The notes below the pieces were generated by a model that made no database searches, was not told the DNA's origin, and worked only from the letters and a program-made list of their open reading frames with translations. A stretch of 64,000 nucleotides of DNA from Cetorhinus maximus (lineage: Eukaryota): the NCBI RefSeq assembly GCF_964194155.1, contig NC_135891.1:42904001-42968000 (forward strand), given 5' to 3'. Below, in pieces: positions 11,990 to 24,685 of this stretch (position 1 is its first letter; the number at the start of each line of letters is the position of its first letter). A program made the position numbers and the translations under genes.

Positions 11990-14510
11990 TTTTGTCCATT
12001 AAACCCACCTGCTGTTCCCTTGACCTTATTCCCACTAAATTGCTGACCAACCAACTTTGCCTCCTGGTCCACGTTAGTCGATAAGGTTAGCGGTTCTCTC
12101 CTTTAAATCTGCCATCATCACCCCTCTTCTCAAAATAAAACCGTTCGACTCCACTGTCCTTGCAAGCAACTGCCCTTCTCCAAAGTTCTTAAAAGTGCCA
12201 TCTGTTCCAGAACTCCATATTTGAATCGTTCCAATCTGGTTTTCACTTCTGCTTCAGTACCAAAACAGCTCTTATCAAAATCAAAATGACATCCTATATG
12301 ACTGTGACAAAGGTAAACGTTCCTTCCTTGTCCTTTTCTACTTGTCTGTAGCCTTTGACATAGTTGGCCACGCCATTCTCCTCCATTCTGTCATCAAGCT
12401 GGGTGGCACTGCCCTCACCTGCTTCCATTCTTATCTAATTGTATACAGAGTATCTTTTGCAATGGCTTTTCTTCCTGCTCCCACGCCATTACTAGTTTCC
12501 CCAAAGGATCTATCTGCATGCTGCCCCTTGGCGACATTATCCAGAAAGCACAGCACGCCACCACTTCTCTCAACAGCTCTGCTGTGGCTAAGTTATCAGG
12601 CTGCTTATCTGGCATCCAGTACTCGATGAGCAAAAATTTCCTCCAATTAAATACTGGGAAGACTAAAGCCATTGTTTTCAGTCCCCCGCTTCCCAGCTGA
12701 CTCCATTCCTCTCCCTGGCTAGTGTCTGGGACTAGGCCAATTTTTAAAAAAATTCATTCATGGGATGTGGGCATTGCTGGAAAGGCCAGCATTTATTGCC
12801 CATCCCGAAGTGCCCTCGAGAAAGGGGTGGTGAGCTGCCTTCTTGCAGTCCATGTAGATGCACCCACAGTGCCGTTAGAGAGAGGGAGTTCCAGGATTTT
12901 GACCCACTGACAGTGAAGGAACAGTGATATAGTTCCAAGTCAGGATGGTGACTGGCTTGGTAATGGTGTTCCCATCTGTCTGCTGCTCTTGCCCTTCTAG
13001 GTGGTAGTGGTCATGGGTTTGGAAGATGCTGTCTGAGGAGGCTTGGTGAATTCCTGCAGTACATCTTGTAGACGGTACACACTGCTGCCATTGTGTGTTG
13101 GTGGTCGAGGCAGTGAATGTTTGTGGATGGGGTCTCAATTAAGTGGGCTATTTTGTCCTGGTTGGTGTCAGGCTTCTTGAGTGTTGTTGGAGCTGCATTC
13201 AACCAAGGAAGTGGAGAGTATTCCATCACACTCCTGACTTGTGCCTTGTAGATGGTAGACAGGCTTTGGGGTGGTGAGTTACTTGCCACAGGATTCCCGG
13301 CCTCTGACCTGCTCTTATACCCACACTATTTATATGGCTAGTCCAGTTCAGTTTCTGGTCAATGGTAACCACCAGGATGTTGCTTGGGGTGGGGGGGGGG
13401 GGGGGAGGAGATTCGGCAATGGTAATGCCATTGAATGTCATGGGGAGATGGTTCTTGTTCGACATGGTCATTGCCTGGTACAAATGTTACTTGCCATTTG
13501 ACAGCCCAAGCCTGGGTATTGTCCAGGTCTTGCTGCATTTGGACATGGACTGCTTCAATATCTGAGGAATCAAGAATGGTGCAATCAGCAGAGAGTATCC
13601 CCACTTCTGACCTTATGATGGAAGGAAGGTCATTGATGAAGCAGCTAAAGATGATTGGGCCTAGGACACTACCCTGAGGAGCTCCTGCAGTGATGTCCTG
13701 GAACTGAGATGATTGACCTCCAACAACCACAAGCATCTTCCTTTGTGCTAGGTATGACTCCAACCACTGGAGAGTTTTTTCCCCTCAATTCCCACTGACT
13801 CTCGTTTTGCCAAGGCTCCTTAATGCCAAATCCATTCATAATTTGACTCAGAGGAGTTTCCAACCATATATTCATCCGATCACAGACCATCTATTCCCAC
13901 CTCTGTTATATTGCCTGACTTTGCCCCCATCACCTGCTGCCAAAACCCTCATTCATGCCTTTGTTAACTCGAGACTCGACTATTCCAATGCACTCCTGAT
14001 GCTGGTCTGCCATATTCTAACCTCCTTAAACTTGAGGCCATCCAAAAGCCTGCTGCTCATTCCTTAACTCGCAGCAAGTCCCATTTCCCTGACACTCCTG
14101 TACTCACTGACCTACATTAGCTCCCAGTTGAGCAATATCTTGATTTTAAAATTCTTATCCTCGTTTTTAAACCCTCCTATCCTCACCCCTCCCTATCTTT
14201 GTAACCTCCTCCAGCCCACAATTCTCCAAAACATCTGCAGTACTCTAATTCTGGCCTCTTGAGCATCCCTGATTTTAATCAGTCCACCATTTGTGGCCAT
14301 GTCATCAGTTGCTTAAACCTTAAGCTCTGAAATTCCCTCCCTACCTTGCTTTCCTCCTTTAAGGCACTCCTCACATCTGATCAAGCTTTTGGTCACCTGA
14401 CCTAATACCTCCTGAAATGGCTGAGTGTCATATTTTGCTTTATGATGCTCCTGGAAGCACTCTGGGATGTTTTTAATGATGTTAAAGGCACTACATAAAC
14501 AGAAGTTGTT
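11990..14510 (+). mobile_element. L2 LINE remnant split by a minus-strand LINE insertion (12741-13830)
   Basis: SVAFDIVGHAILL and NFLQLNTGKTKAIVF before the insert; AKTLIHAFVNSRLDYSNALL and an L2-type tail (~14450-14510) after it. Confidence 0.8.
12741..13830 (-). mobile_element. 5'-truncated HER1-like LINE nested in L2
   Basis: RT motif [21 protein letters not shown] and LSTIYKAQVRSVMEYSP. 3' tail at 12753-12810 reads 'gggcaataaatgctggcc...cacatcccatgaatgaa' on the minus strand. Confidence 0.85.
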
Positions 14511-15406
14511 TTCTCACAAAGCCCAGGTTGGTAACAGCAAGTGGGCTCAATATGAATGAAATGACACATAGATCACTGTCCCAGCACAGACTTCCCCATC
14601 CTCACCTCAGACTGAAGCATCAAAAAAGGTTAATAACTCAAAAGTTCATTTTAAAGTGGTTTAGATTAATGGATTTTATTCCATTTCATTTTGAATATTT
14701 GTGCTGTATTATAGATTTAGTTATAAATTGTGATTAGAAGACAAGTTATTCAAACACTTCAGTTGGATGGGCTAACATCTCCCCTCAGTATTCTCTCTTT
14801 CCCAAAAGTGACAAGTGAAGCTTGCAACAGTATTGTGTTGAAATAATTATTCCATGTTCCAGCCTGAAGCTGATATTTCCCCTTCCTAACACAAGGACAC
14901 CAAGGTCAATTGTAGTCCTGCACCACTTAAATCAGCTAACACAGCACAAGCCAAATATTCAATCTGAAATCTTCATACTCTATAATGATTCAGTGTTACA
15001 TTTGTACAATAAATCCCAGGTCTGGTGCTTTTACATTGCCATATTCAAAAGGAATGGATCTACTTGAATGTTAATCAGATTGTAAACATTTGTATTAAAT
15101 TCAATAACATCAGCAATACTAATGGATGATATGTTTAAGTTCATTGAAAATGCTGCAGTTTAACAAAATACAGCATCAGCACTTCAAATTTAAAAACCAT
15201 ATTGGCATCAGTTTCTTCTATATAGCCTGACTAGACAAAACATTCTTTCATCTTAAAATTATTTAAAAACCATTAGAAAGTTATACAATTAAGGAATTTT
15301 CTTAAAGACACTAACTAGCTGCTTAAGACTGTGCTTTCGATGTAAATGATAATGCATTATGTGGGAAAGAAAAACAGCCAACAGATGTCTCTAACATAAA
15401 TATTCT

Positions 15407-15610
15407 AAAGCAAAATACTGCAGGTGCTGGAAATTTGAAATAAAAACAGAAAATGTTAAGAAATATTCAGGAGGTCCGGCAGCATCTGCAGAAAGAGAAA
15501 CAGAATTAACATTTGAAGTCATGATCTTTCATCAGGTGAAACATTAACTCTGTTTCTCTCTCCACAGATGCTGGCAGATTTGCTATTTCCAGCATTTCCT
15601 GCTTTTATTA
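15407..15610. repeat. Fold-back pair of Penelope terminal-repeat fragments
   Basis: Arm ~15439-15513 is an imperfect reverse complement of arm ~15538-15609. Both resemble the Penelope ends at 34096-34193 and 51086-51185. Confidence 0.75.
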
Positions 15611-15816
15611 TTAATATCCTACAATGTAAATACACAAAGCAATGTGTAACTGCCCATTAAAGATGCCCACGCTGCAACTAATGATTTTGTTTTAAAATAG
15701 ACTCTCAAAGAATCTAGCACCATTTATTTGTAAACAATTTACTAGTAAATCCATTTAGTGTTTAATTTGTAACCCATCTTCTAAGCTAGCTCAATGAATA
15801 AAATAGTTTACTGTAC

Positions 15817-16128
15817 CTTAATTGTTTTAAATTCTTTTTTCCAGGGATATAGAAAGAGGTTAGTGCAGAAGGTTTCCAGAATTCTAAAGGCAGTGAGAAG
15901 CGCACTTAAACTTGATGTTTTGAGCATCCTCAAGGCATTCTCCACCATATCATAAAATCTAAACATCTTAAATCTTTCACTGGACTCCTGGCGATATAAA
16001 TCAAGTAAGGATGTAGCCGTCTTCTTAAGGCCTGCATCATCAACTATGTGATCCTTTTCACTTAATTTTAATTCGCAAATCTGTACATATTTCCGAAACA
16101 AAGTGTCTCTGATTTTATTTGTATCCAT
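15817..16128 (-). CDS. SPATA2: SPATA2 first coding exon (PUB-domain N-terminus); gene continues left of the window
   Basis: MDTNKIRDTLFRKYVQ...FRFYDMVENALR...ETFCTNLFLYPWKKEFKTIK closely resembles human SPATA2 as I recall it (MDTKFKDDLFRKYVQ...NLFLYPWKKEFRSIK). Donor AAG|gtacag after 15817; acceptor tttcatttacag| before 16242 (whole exon 15817-16242). Neighbours RNF114 and SNAI1. Confidence 0.93.
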
Positions 16129-19100
16129 TAGGAATGTGTCTAGGAAACAGTTCACCACAACATGCCCATGGCCTTCCTGTTTTCAGACTGGTAGTAATTT
16201 TGAGATTACAATCACTGATGCCAGGGAAAGTGATGCACTTAACTGTAAATGAAAAGACAACAAAATAAATTAAAAATTAAACAAAGAATCTATGCCACAT
16301 GAACACAAATCACTACCTAGACATCAAGTTTATTTAAGGAAAAGAATATAGTAAATAACAGTAGAGGTTACAGTTTAATCTATCAATTACTCATCCTAAA
16401 AGCAATAAAATAAAGATCCCATCTCAAAAGGAAATAGCAAAAACCCAATTCTTAAGTGAATATGCGGTCAAAAACTATAAAATAAAATTAACCAAAGCAG
16501 ATCAAAATGAATCACCAAAATGATAATTTATGTCAATGGGAGCTGTAAAAGGTAAAATGGTAAACTGGAATGCAAATGCTTAAAAATAATATATTTTTTT
16601 GCAATACAAATATACTATAATGGGATTTCCAGAACATTAAGAACAAAAGGGTGTTCAATAAATTCTCAAAAATGAAGTCAGTTAGTTTTAAAGATGACAC
16701 TGCTGGTAAACATCAGCAAAGCTGTAAGCCCTTTCTATCTGACTTAATGGAAAACCCAAGCATGTGTTCTTGGAGCTGTGTGCTTGGTTTTCCTCCAAAA
16801 AAAATGAACACTTAAAATTATGCAGTATGTGTTTGAAATTCCAATTCAGTTAAACATGGTACAAAAAAACCTCACTCGTAATCATAACTATTTCTTACTG
16901 CAATCACTACTTTTTTAAAAACTGGTTATATAAGGAACACAGATCTATAAAGGAATGCAAAAATTGGCAAGATTGCACCTCTGATGAGAGGTATTTAGGT
17001 ATATCCCACATAACTGTGCGGTTGGAAAAATTTGAAACAGATTTGCTTGAAATTTTAGACGCAATTTAAAAATTAAAGAATAAAACTGCAGTAGCCCCAT
17101 CACAATGTTGAATTTTGCCATTTCATAATTCTTGTTCAAAACTGGTGCAAAAATATTTACCAAACGTCCTATTTTTTCCTTAATTATACATTTCAGTACA
17201 GAAGAGAAATTCAGTGAACTACAAGCAATTAATGTTCACACACAAAATATTCTTATCCTTCTTCTTGAAGGTATATGGCTGTATATTTCCAATTTGTGTC
17301 TTAAACTTTTACCACTTAAGTGTTTTTATATTTCAGTGAGACAAACATCAAGCCAGATCATTTTTGGGAAAAAGAACATTGTTACTGCATTACAAATACT
17401 ATATCTGTCACAACTAAAATGTTAACTTAAGTGAACCTCATGATTTTTAGCAGCTATATTTTTCAAATTCAGTTTCAGCAATCTTTGTTCCTGAGCCTCA
17501 ATATTTTAACTACTTAATACAGAAGGGTGTTAACTTGCTAGCAATACATTAGCAGCCTGTTATTAAAAAAAAACCAAAGACCAACAAAAAGGACAAGAAA
17601 TAAGAACTGACAAGAGATAAAGGGAGAGGATATGCAAGAATGAAATACTGGCATTTATATTTCAAAAGAAGAAACAGCTCACATCTCAGAGTCAGAAATG
17701 AGCTGTGAAAGTAATTTGCACGAATAAAATATAAAATGCCCATTTTCAAACATCATTTATTCTATTTACAGCATGTGTACAATTGCTCTGTGTCAAGTAT
17801 TATTTCTGGTTTTATTTTAAATCCTGAAAGTAGTTAATCTGCCAGTAATTTAAAGCACATATTGGCCACCATACATTTCTGTTAATTAAATAACAGTTTG
17901 TGTGCTTTCAGCTGAACTATATATAATAGTCACCAATGTATACAAGCGGAACACAAAAACAGTACTGGAGTTTACACATTGATAATTTAAATTTTCAATT
18001 CATCCACATTTCATATTCTTACAGCAATAGTAAGGGTTAAGGGAATGTTATAGATTAAATATTCTCCTTGAAAGGGGATGTGTAATCACTCAGCTCCTTT
18101 GCATTTGTTCATTGTTCATCTAGGACAATACACTCAATTTCAAAATCCTGTCTCAAGTACAATTTATTTCAATTGATTGAGAAGATGCTTTTCCAATATT
18201 AATATTAAAGCCATTTACAACAAATTAGAGATGCATTTAAGAAGTCTCTCACACATCTCATACTTCAAAGCATATACATAAACTAACAGTAAACAACTGA
18301 TTTTAAGTTGTTGGTTTCTCAGGCCCTAACTATCTGTACCTCGGGCTGTGCCTATTTTAGGCCACATCCCCACAGGACGTGTTTGACAGTAACCTTAAAA
18401 GGTCAGGAAGGTCTAAACACTGCTCCATTTTAACAACATAAATTTGTTCCAGACCATCTTGTGGGTGGTGGACTAGTTGGTCACCAAATTATGTGCTATA
18501 CAAATTATATCGCTATCTACATGCTGTAGCATCATAAACACTAGCCCCTCTGCAGAAGCTGAAAATGCACCAAAACCTGGTTCTACGACTTCAAATTCAA
18601 CAGGTTAAATCTGAGCTATGCTTAGAAGGTAGGACTCGCTGCTCCAACAAAAAAAATAACTGCCCCTATCAACTTAGAACCACCACAGTTTCGAAATTAA
18701 CAAGATTTCAATTTGAACACAAATTGATCCTTCATCACATTACAGACTTTGCGCAACAGACTTTACTGACCGCTCAATTTAGTGCTGCGCTTTGCGAATG
18801 CCTGTTTTAAAATTAAAACTGACAGAGGTTGCACAGGGCATTGCTTTTTCTGCTGCTCCAGCAACAAAAATACAATGCTGGCTACCGGAACATACAAACC
18901 CACATTGAGTCCCCAGCAATATTATGTAGGCCCACTACCACTTGAATGGCACTCTAATATGATGCCGCCATCTTTAGTCCATCCAGCAATTCTTGCATCT
19001 CAATCAGAGACATTTCCACGAGGATTTGTGGTTTTTCTCGCCTTAGCCCCGACTTTGACCGTGTTATAACGATGCTGATATGGGATGTGGCACAATGACG

Positions 19101-19129
19101 GACAATCAGAGATGGTTAATAAACACGCT

Positions 19130-19340
19130 CACCTGCCTCCACCTCCAACGGCAGAGAGCCCAGCACCTGCTCGCCCTCTGATTGGCTCGCGCCAGTTTCC
19201 GGGTCCTCCCTGGAGACCTTTGAACCCTGGACTGGTGCGCCTGCGCGTTGGTACTGGCAGGAGCTGGTGCGCCTGCGCGCTAGATTCATGGGGTTGCTGT
19301 CCAACTAACAGCAGCTCATCCGTTTCAGGTAAGTTTCTGA
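19130..19340. promoter_or_regulatory. GC/CpG-rich bidirectional promoter (CCAAT, ETS, two NRF1-like sites)
   Basis: ATTGG at 19181, TTCCGG at ~19197, and 'ctggtgcgcctgcgcg' twice (19232-19247, 19264-19279). Outward-facing splice donors on both strands. Confidence 0.75.
19133..19175 (-). other. SPATA2: Probable SPATA2 non-coding exon 1
   Basis: Minus-strand donor GCAG|gtgagc (GT at 19132-19131) next to the GC-rich promoter. 5' boundary is a guess. Confidence 0.6.
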
Positions 19341-19739
19341 TTTATGCCGAACCAACTGATAAGGACTTCAATATTTATTTCATTTTAATTTGCAGTAGAA
19401 TTTATTTATACTTCACAAGTAAGGTGGCTGTGAGGGAGCTTCTTTTAATATGAGTGAGCAAGGTGTCTCATATACCTAGTAATATTAAGTTACAACATTG
19501 GGCCAAACCATTCGGCCCAACCATTCTGTAAGTGCTCCACACCAGCAAATAATTAATATTCCTTCAAACCCTCTTAGGTTAGTTTTTACGAGTTTAGAGC
19601 TTGCTTTAGATATTTTCTTGGTTACAATGGTGCTGGTGGTCTCATGATTGGTCTGAGTGTCATGTGTTTAAAGGTGTGTGCCCAATATCTAACTAAATAT
19701 TGCTGCATAAACTCAGAGGTGTAACAGTATTACCACTTT

Positions 19740-19865
19740 GTGACCTGAACTGGCTATCTACATTACAACAGTAACTACACTTCAGAAGTACTTCATTAGC
19801 TGTAAAGTGGTTTGAGACATCCTGAGATCATGAAAGGCAGTATGGAAATGCTAATTCTTTCTTTC
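19740..19865 (+). mobile_element. 3' tail fragment of a DeuSINE/SacSINE1-like SINE
   Basis: 'acattacaacagtaactacacttcagaagtacttcattagctgtaaagtggtttgagacatcctgag' resembles the tail at ~42040-42110. Confidence 0.6.
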
Positions 19866-22176
19866 CTTTCTATTTGTGTCTTTCCCACATGGTCTTATGT
19901 GGGCTTCACCAGGACTATTCTTCTGGGCTCCCTTCTGCACAAAGGTATGGCATCCTTCTCCTCCCCCTCATCCCCCTCCCTCTCCCATAATGTCCAATGC
20001 CAGCATTTTCAATGTTGCTGGTCTCTGTCTCCCAATCTAGACCCCATGACACTCCTCCCCAGACTGTCTTTACTCTTCTTCCACCCATCCCCAAGTTCCC
20101 TTCTCAATGAGCAGAAAGCTTTAGATGTATCCCAACATTACCTAATTCCAGAACAATCCACTCTGAGCAAGAAACCTCCCCAATGCTCTGGATTGTAAAA
20201 TCATTCCAGTGATGCTTGAATATCTATCTTCTAGCGATCCTTAAAAATAGTGTCAGAACAGGAAATGCCTCCTCAGCACTGACAGACTTTGGATCTCTCT
20301 TCCCTGTGCTTTTAAATCAGATAGTATTAATTGACATAATCAGGAGCTAATTGAGACTGCCCTTAAATAGAATCCTTACAGGCAACAGATAGAGAGCCAA
20401 TTTCCCCTGCATTCTTTCTTCCTATATGAGCACAAAAGCACTGCCTGGATGTAGGGGAGTCACTTATATTTGGCTCATAAGTATGCAATGTATATATGTC
20501 AGCATATTTGATTGAATGTATGCCCTCTGGCAGAAACTTCCAACCCTGACTAGACATCATCTTCAACTCAGAGGACAGCTGACAATGATGCCTGCTGAGC
20601 AAAGGAAATTCAAATGTTTTTGCAGGCCTTGAAAGTAAGGCAGTGAATACTGCTCTAGGTGAAAAGGAATGATGTGCTTGTTGTATGTCTTCTGGTTCTG
20701 ACATCTAATGATACTTTCTGTGGCTTTGCTTTTATTTTTTGACATTGTTCCTCGACATAACCTCCAACAACTTCTGTGTTAACATTTGCTACTATGTTTT
20801 GGGTGTTTGCAGTTAATTTCTGCTAAGGACAAACAACATAAACAGGGCCTTTTACTTTGACAAGATCCTTGATTTGGTTCTGTAAGAAGTGGAGGAGAGG
20901 GTGTAGGACTTTTCATTCTCTTTTTACTGCTTCAGGCACTGAAAGGTAACGATCAACTGCGGGTGATAACTGCTAAATAATTTGTTTTATTTACATTAAA
21001 ACACAACAGAATTATAGATAGTTGCTTATGACCTTAGTACAACTCAAAACTCAATTATCATTTTTTTTCTGCTCCTAGTGGCTGAGAGGTTAATTCTCTG
21101 TTGACATCCTTCTTTATTCTCTGCTTCTGGTCTCCCTTTTTGGCCATACTAGTACACTCAATCTTGCTGATGCAAAACAGTTTCTTAGTATTTTAAAATC
21201 TAGTCTAGTAGCTGTCTATATCTCTAACCTTGTCCTTACCTCTGCGAATGTGCATCAAGTCTTGAATACAGTTATTAAAACCTGTTTCACTAACCACATA
21301 GGCTGGAATTCTAAGTTTTAGCACTCATTAGCCTGTAATTTTCCACCCCTTTTAGTGAATGGGATAAAAATTACAGGCTGGAAAATACAGAAATAGAAAA
21401 GCCATTTTTTTTTCTCATGAGCTACTGAGCTGAGGAGAGAGCGTGGTGGGTGATATGCAGCAAACAGTTAATATTCACATGCATCAAGAAGAAGACACAT
21501 AATTATGGGAAAAGGGGCTTCGAGCATTAATGGAAGGAAAAGGAGATAATTTGTGCACTTAGCCTTGTGAAGTGAATGGGACCTAAAGGGAGGTGGGATT
21601 TGGTTCAAGGAATTTTGGTTAAAATCAAGTGTAATAGAATCTTAATGACTGGGTTGTTTCTGAATTAAAATGAAAGCATCTGTGGTGTGCTCCTGATATT
21701 TGCCACATTTTATGCAAAAGATAAAGTATCCATTAATTGTACTTGAATTATTGAAGAATTCAAATTAAACTTTTTTTTGTTGCTGTCAGGAGTGAACTAT
21801 ATTGCTCCAGAGGCGACATTGGCTGGCCCCTTACGGCAGGCAAGGGTTGCATGTAGAATCCGCAGCATAATGCTGAAGAACAAGTCCACTGGCATTAATA
21901 GTCCTGGAGCCTACAATCTCGTAAGCATTAGGTTGTACGTGATAGAGCAAAACCTAAAGAACGTGTTTTAAGTCCGTGGCACATATCAAAAGGCAATTTT
22001 CTGTAAAGGAATGATGCGATTTCATTTATTCCCCCACTTTTTTTCTTAAATTAGCTTCTAGATTATTAGTTGTACAATCTTGAGCGGACCAGACTGCGTT
22101 TTGTCAAAAAAAGGCAGACATTGTCCAATGTCTTTGCGTCGGTTAAAAGCGATGCGGAATATGGTCAACGCCTTAA

Positions 22177-22177
<1 letters not shown>

Positions 22178-22216
<39 letters not shown>
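22178..22216. repeat. Compound (TG)n(TA)n microsatellite
   Basis: Seen directly, ~250 bp upstream of the RNF114 ATG. Confidence 0.95.
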
Positions 22217-22217
<1 letters not shown>

Positions 22218-22463
22218 AAACACAAAGAGGAAGCTGGGAAGTTCCCCATCAAGTTTAGATTGAAGAAATACTGCACCGGGAGTGTTTATGTCTCCAAAGG
22301 CGATATAAAGCAGCCGTGGTCCTCCGACTAAATGGGAGGCGATGCTGCCTCCTTTCGGCTGGTTAATTCTTACTCTACCATATTGGTACTTTCCTTTTCT
22401 CTGTTCAGGGTCTCCGCCTCCATTTGACGTTATCCATTTGCGGAAAAAGACACAACAGTAGAA

Positions 22464-22591
22464 ATGGCGATGAACTACAAAGAGGACGCGTCACGTCGTA
22501 AAGAAACATCTGGAGATGACAAAGAAGCTTTAACTTGCCCTGTTTGCCTGGAAATTTATGAAAATCCCATGCGAGTCGAATGCAATCATGT
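22464..22591 (+). CDS. RNF114: RNF114 coding exon 1 (start of the C3HC4 RING)
   Basis: MAMNYKEDASRRKETSGDDKEALTCPVCLEIYENPMRVECNH(V). Start context gaaATGg, donor GT|gtaaga. Upstream acceptor ttccttttctctgttcag| at 22409. Confidence 0.93.
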
Positions 22592-24491
22592 GTAAGAAGG
22601 AATTTTTGCTGTGTTTTCGATTTTTTAAAATCCAGTCAGAATCAGTCAAAGTTCTTTTACATTGATCGGATGATATCCGTCTTTTATTATGCAGCAGAGC
22701 TCAAATTACAAAACGCTTGTTTTATTTTTAACGAAGATTTTTTTCGAATGAACACATTAAGTCGGCCGTAGTGAGTCCGCATAATACTCCCGGTTTCGTT
22801 TTTGTGGTGTACTGGGTTCGCGATGGATCTAGGGAATTGTAGTGCTTTGGTTCCTGCTCTAATTCAAAACATCAAACATAATATTGCGATTACTAGAATG
22901 CTAAGATAAATCTATAACTGCGCTGCAACCGGATAAAGCATTGCAGTTGAAAGTTATATGATTTAAGTGCATTGTGGTCTAAACATATCAAGAAACAAGT
23001 GTTTTACTGGGACCCTTTAAAAGGTCAACAGATTACTTAAACTGCCATTTTTGATTGCTTATAAGGCCCCAGTGTGACCCTGAAAACTCGTGACTATAAA
23101 CTATATTTTACATTGTATGGATGGATTTTCATAAAATTGCATTGTCTTGTTTCATTTTTCAACCAACGCTGTGTTCGACCTCAAAGTCTGTTCGTTCTCC
23201 AAAACTCCTTACAAGGAGTCGTTTAAGACTAACTTTGAATGACTCACCCTCGGGTGCTTTTACTTCCCTCTTACATCTCTGCCTTGGCATGTTTTACTAT
23301 GTTAAAGATGCAATGTTGCTTATTGTTCCTCAACCATTGCATCACAAACACATCAATGTTGACCAATAATCCCATCAACATGAACTTGGTCTGTCTAGGG
23401 GATAGGAGATGTTTGCCTGTGATGTCATAACACACACCATAGTGCAATGTTGTGACTGCCATATTTTGTATGCGCATGATAACGAACATACTATGGCCAT
23501 TTCTGAAGTAGCTTTAATTTTACTGCTATAACCTTTCTGGTTTACAAAATACTCAACCCCTTTGGATCCTCTCTTGTTCACTCCCCCTTTACCTACTCAG
23601 CACTCACTTTCAAAGTCTCTCCCCACCTTTCCTATACTGCAACATGCATGCCCTCCTCCCTTGTGCTCTCTCCGCTTCCCCTTCACCACATTTTCTTCCC
23701 AATCTCACCTTCTGTCGCTTTCTTGCATCCCCAACACCTTTCCTGCCTTCCTCGCCCATCTTCTGCTTTCAACACCTGCCTCCTCTCTTTTCCACCTGCG
23801 CATGTGCAATCACTTATGTGTTCTTTTTGTTTCTCACCCCCCCCCCCCCCATGTGTTGCTGCTGCCGCCTTTCCCAACTATCTTTTCCTCTTTTTTTTTC
23901 TATTTCCCTCATTGCCTGATGATCATTTTTAACATGTAATTCTAAATAACAGCTTATAGTTATAAAGAATATATCGCACATCCAGAGATCTCTTGAGTCC
24001 TTTACTGGATAGAGGATAGTAAGAGGTCACCCACTGTGCCACAAAAACATTTCCATACCATACCTTGTATAGGTCAATGTTGCCTAGGCTGTCTTACCTT
24101 TGGAAGAGACCTCTTTTGTGCTTCAGTTATGTTGTTGAAAACCAGCAGAGAAAACTAGTAGCAAAGTCCATTTGCAGTTCCAGCCACTGTTGTGGAAAAG
24201 CTTTGATTTGGGGCTCACAAGATTAGGTCTCAAAAATATCAGTATCCCCTTTATACAATTTGTGCAATCCACAGTTCCTTTTTAAGTTGCTGATTTGTAG
24301 ATAACTTTAGATATTTGGAATACGAGTATCTTTTTTAACCATATGACTGTAAAATATCAAGTTATTAAAACATTGATTTTTAACTTCCATAATTTCATTA
24401 CTTTTCTTTTAATGGCAATGTTGAAGAACTGATTCTGTCACCTTGCATCAACTATTTGAGCTCAATAATTTGTAAACTTGTTTTTAATTAG

Positions 24492-24642
24492 ATTTTGCAA
24501 CAATTGCCTGTTCGCGTTACAGAAGCCAAAAAAGCCAATTTGTGCAGTGTGTCGTTCTCCTCTGAAAGGTGCAACTAGAGCTATTGAAATTGAGAGGAAA
24601 TTAGAAGTAACTCCAGCAAGCTGCAGTGGTTGTGGAACTCAG
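24492..24642 (+). CDS. RNF114: RNF114 coding exon 2 (RING end, start of C2HC finger)
   Basis: FCNNCLFALQKPKKPICAVCRSPLKGATRAIEIERKLEVTPASCSGCGTQ. 151 nt with ag/gtaagt borders, phase compatible with exon 1. Confidence 0.95.
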
Positions 24643-24685
24643 GTAAGTTCTACTTACTAGGGTGATAAGAGAAATTTATTTGTAA

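Noticed and set aside
1-15800. SPATA2 large terminal coding exon
   Set aside because: No minus-strand ORF continuing with a TYTGPF-like sequence; it must lie left of the window.
15808-16158. ORF-track start MVNCFLDTFL, and a SPATA2L assignment
   Set aside because: The track start is a non-ATG codon and homology begins at ATG 16128. The MDT..FRKYVQ start and synteny favour SPATA2.
23562-23939. Overlapping Pro/Leu/Ser/Phe-rich ORFs
   Set aside because: Artefact of a pyrimidine-rich low-complexity intronic tract with few stop codons.
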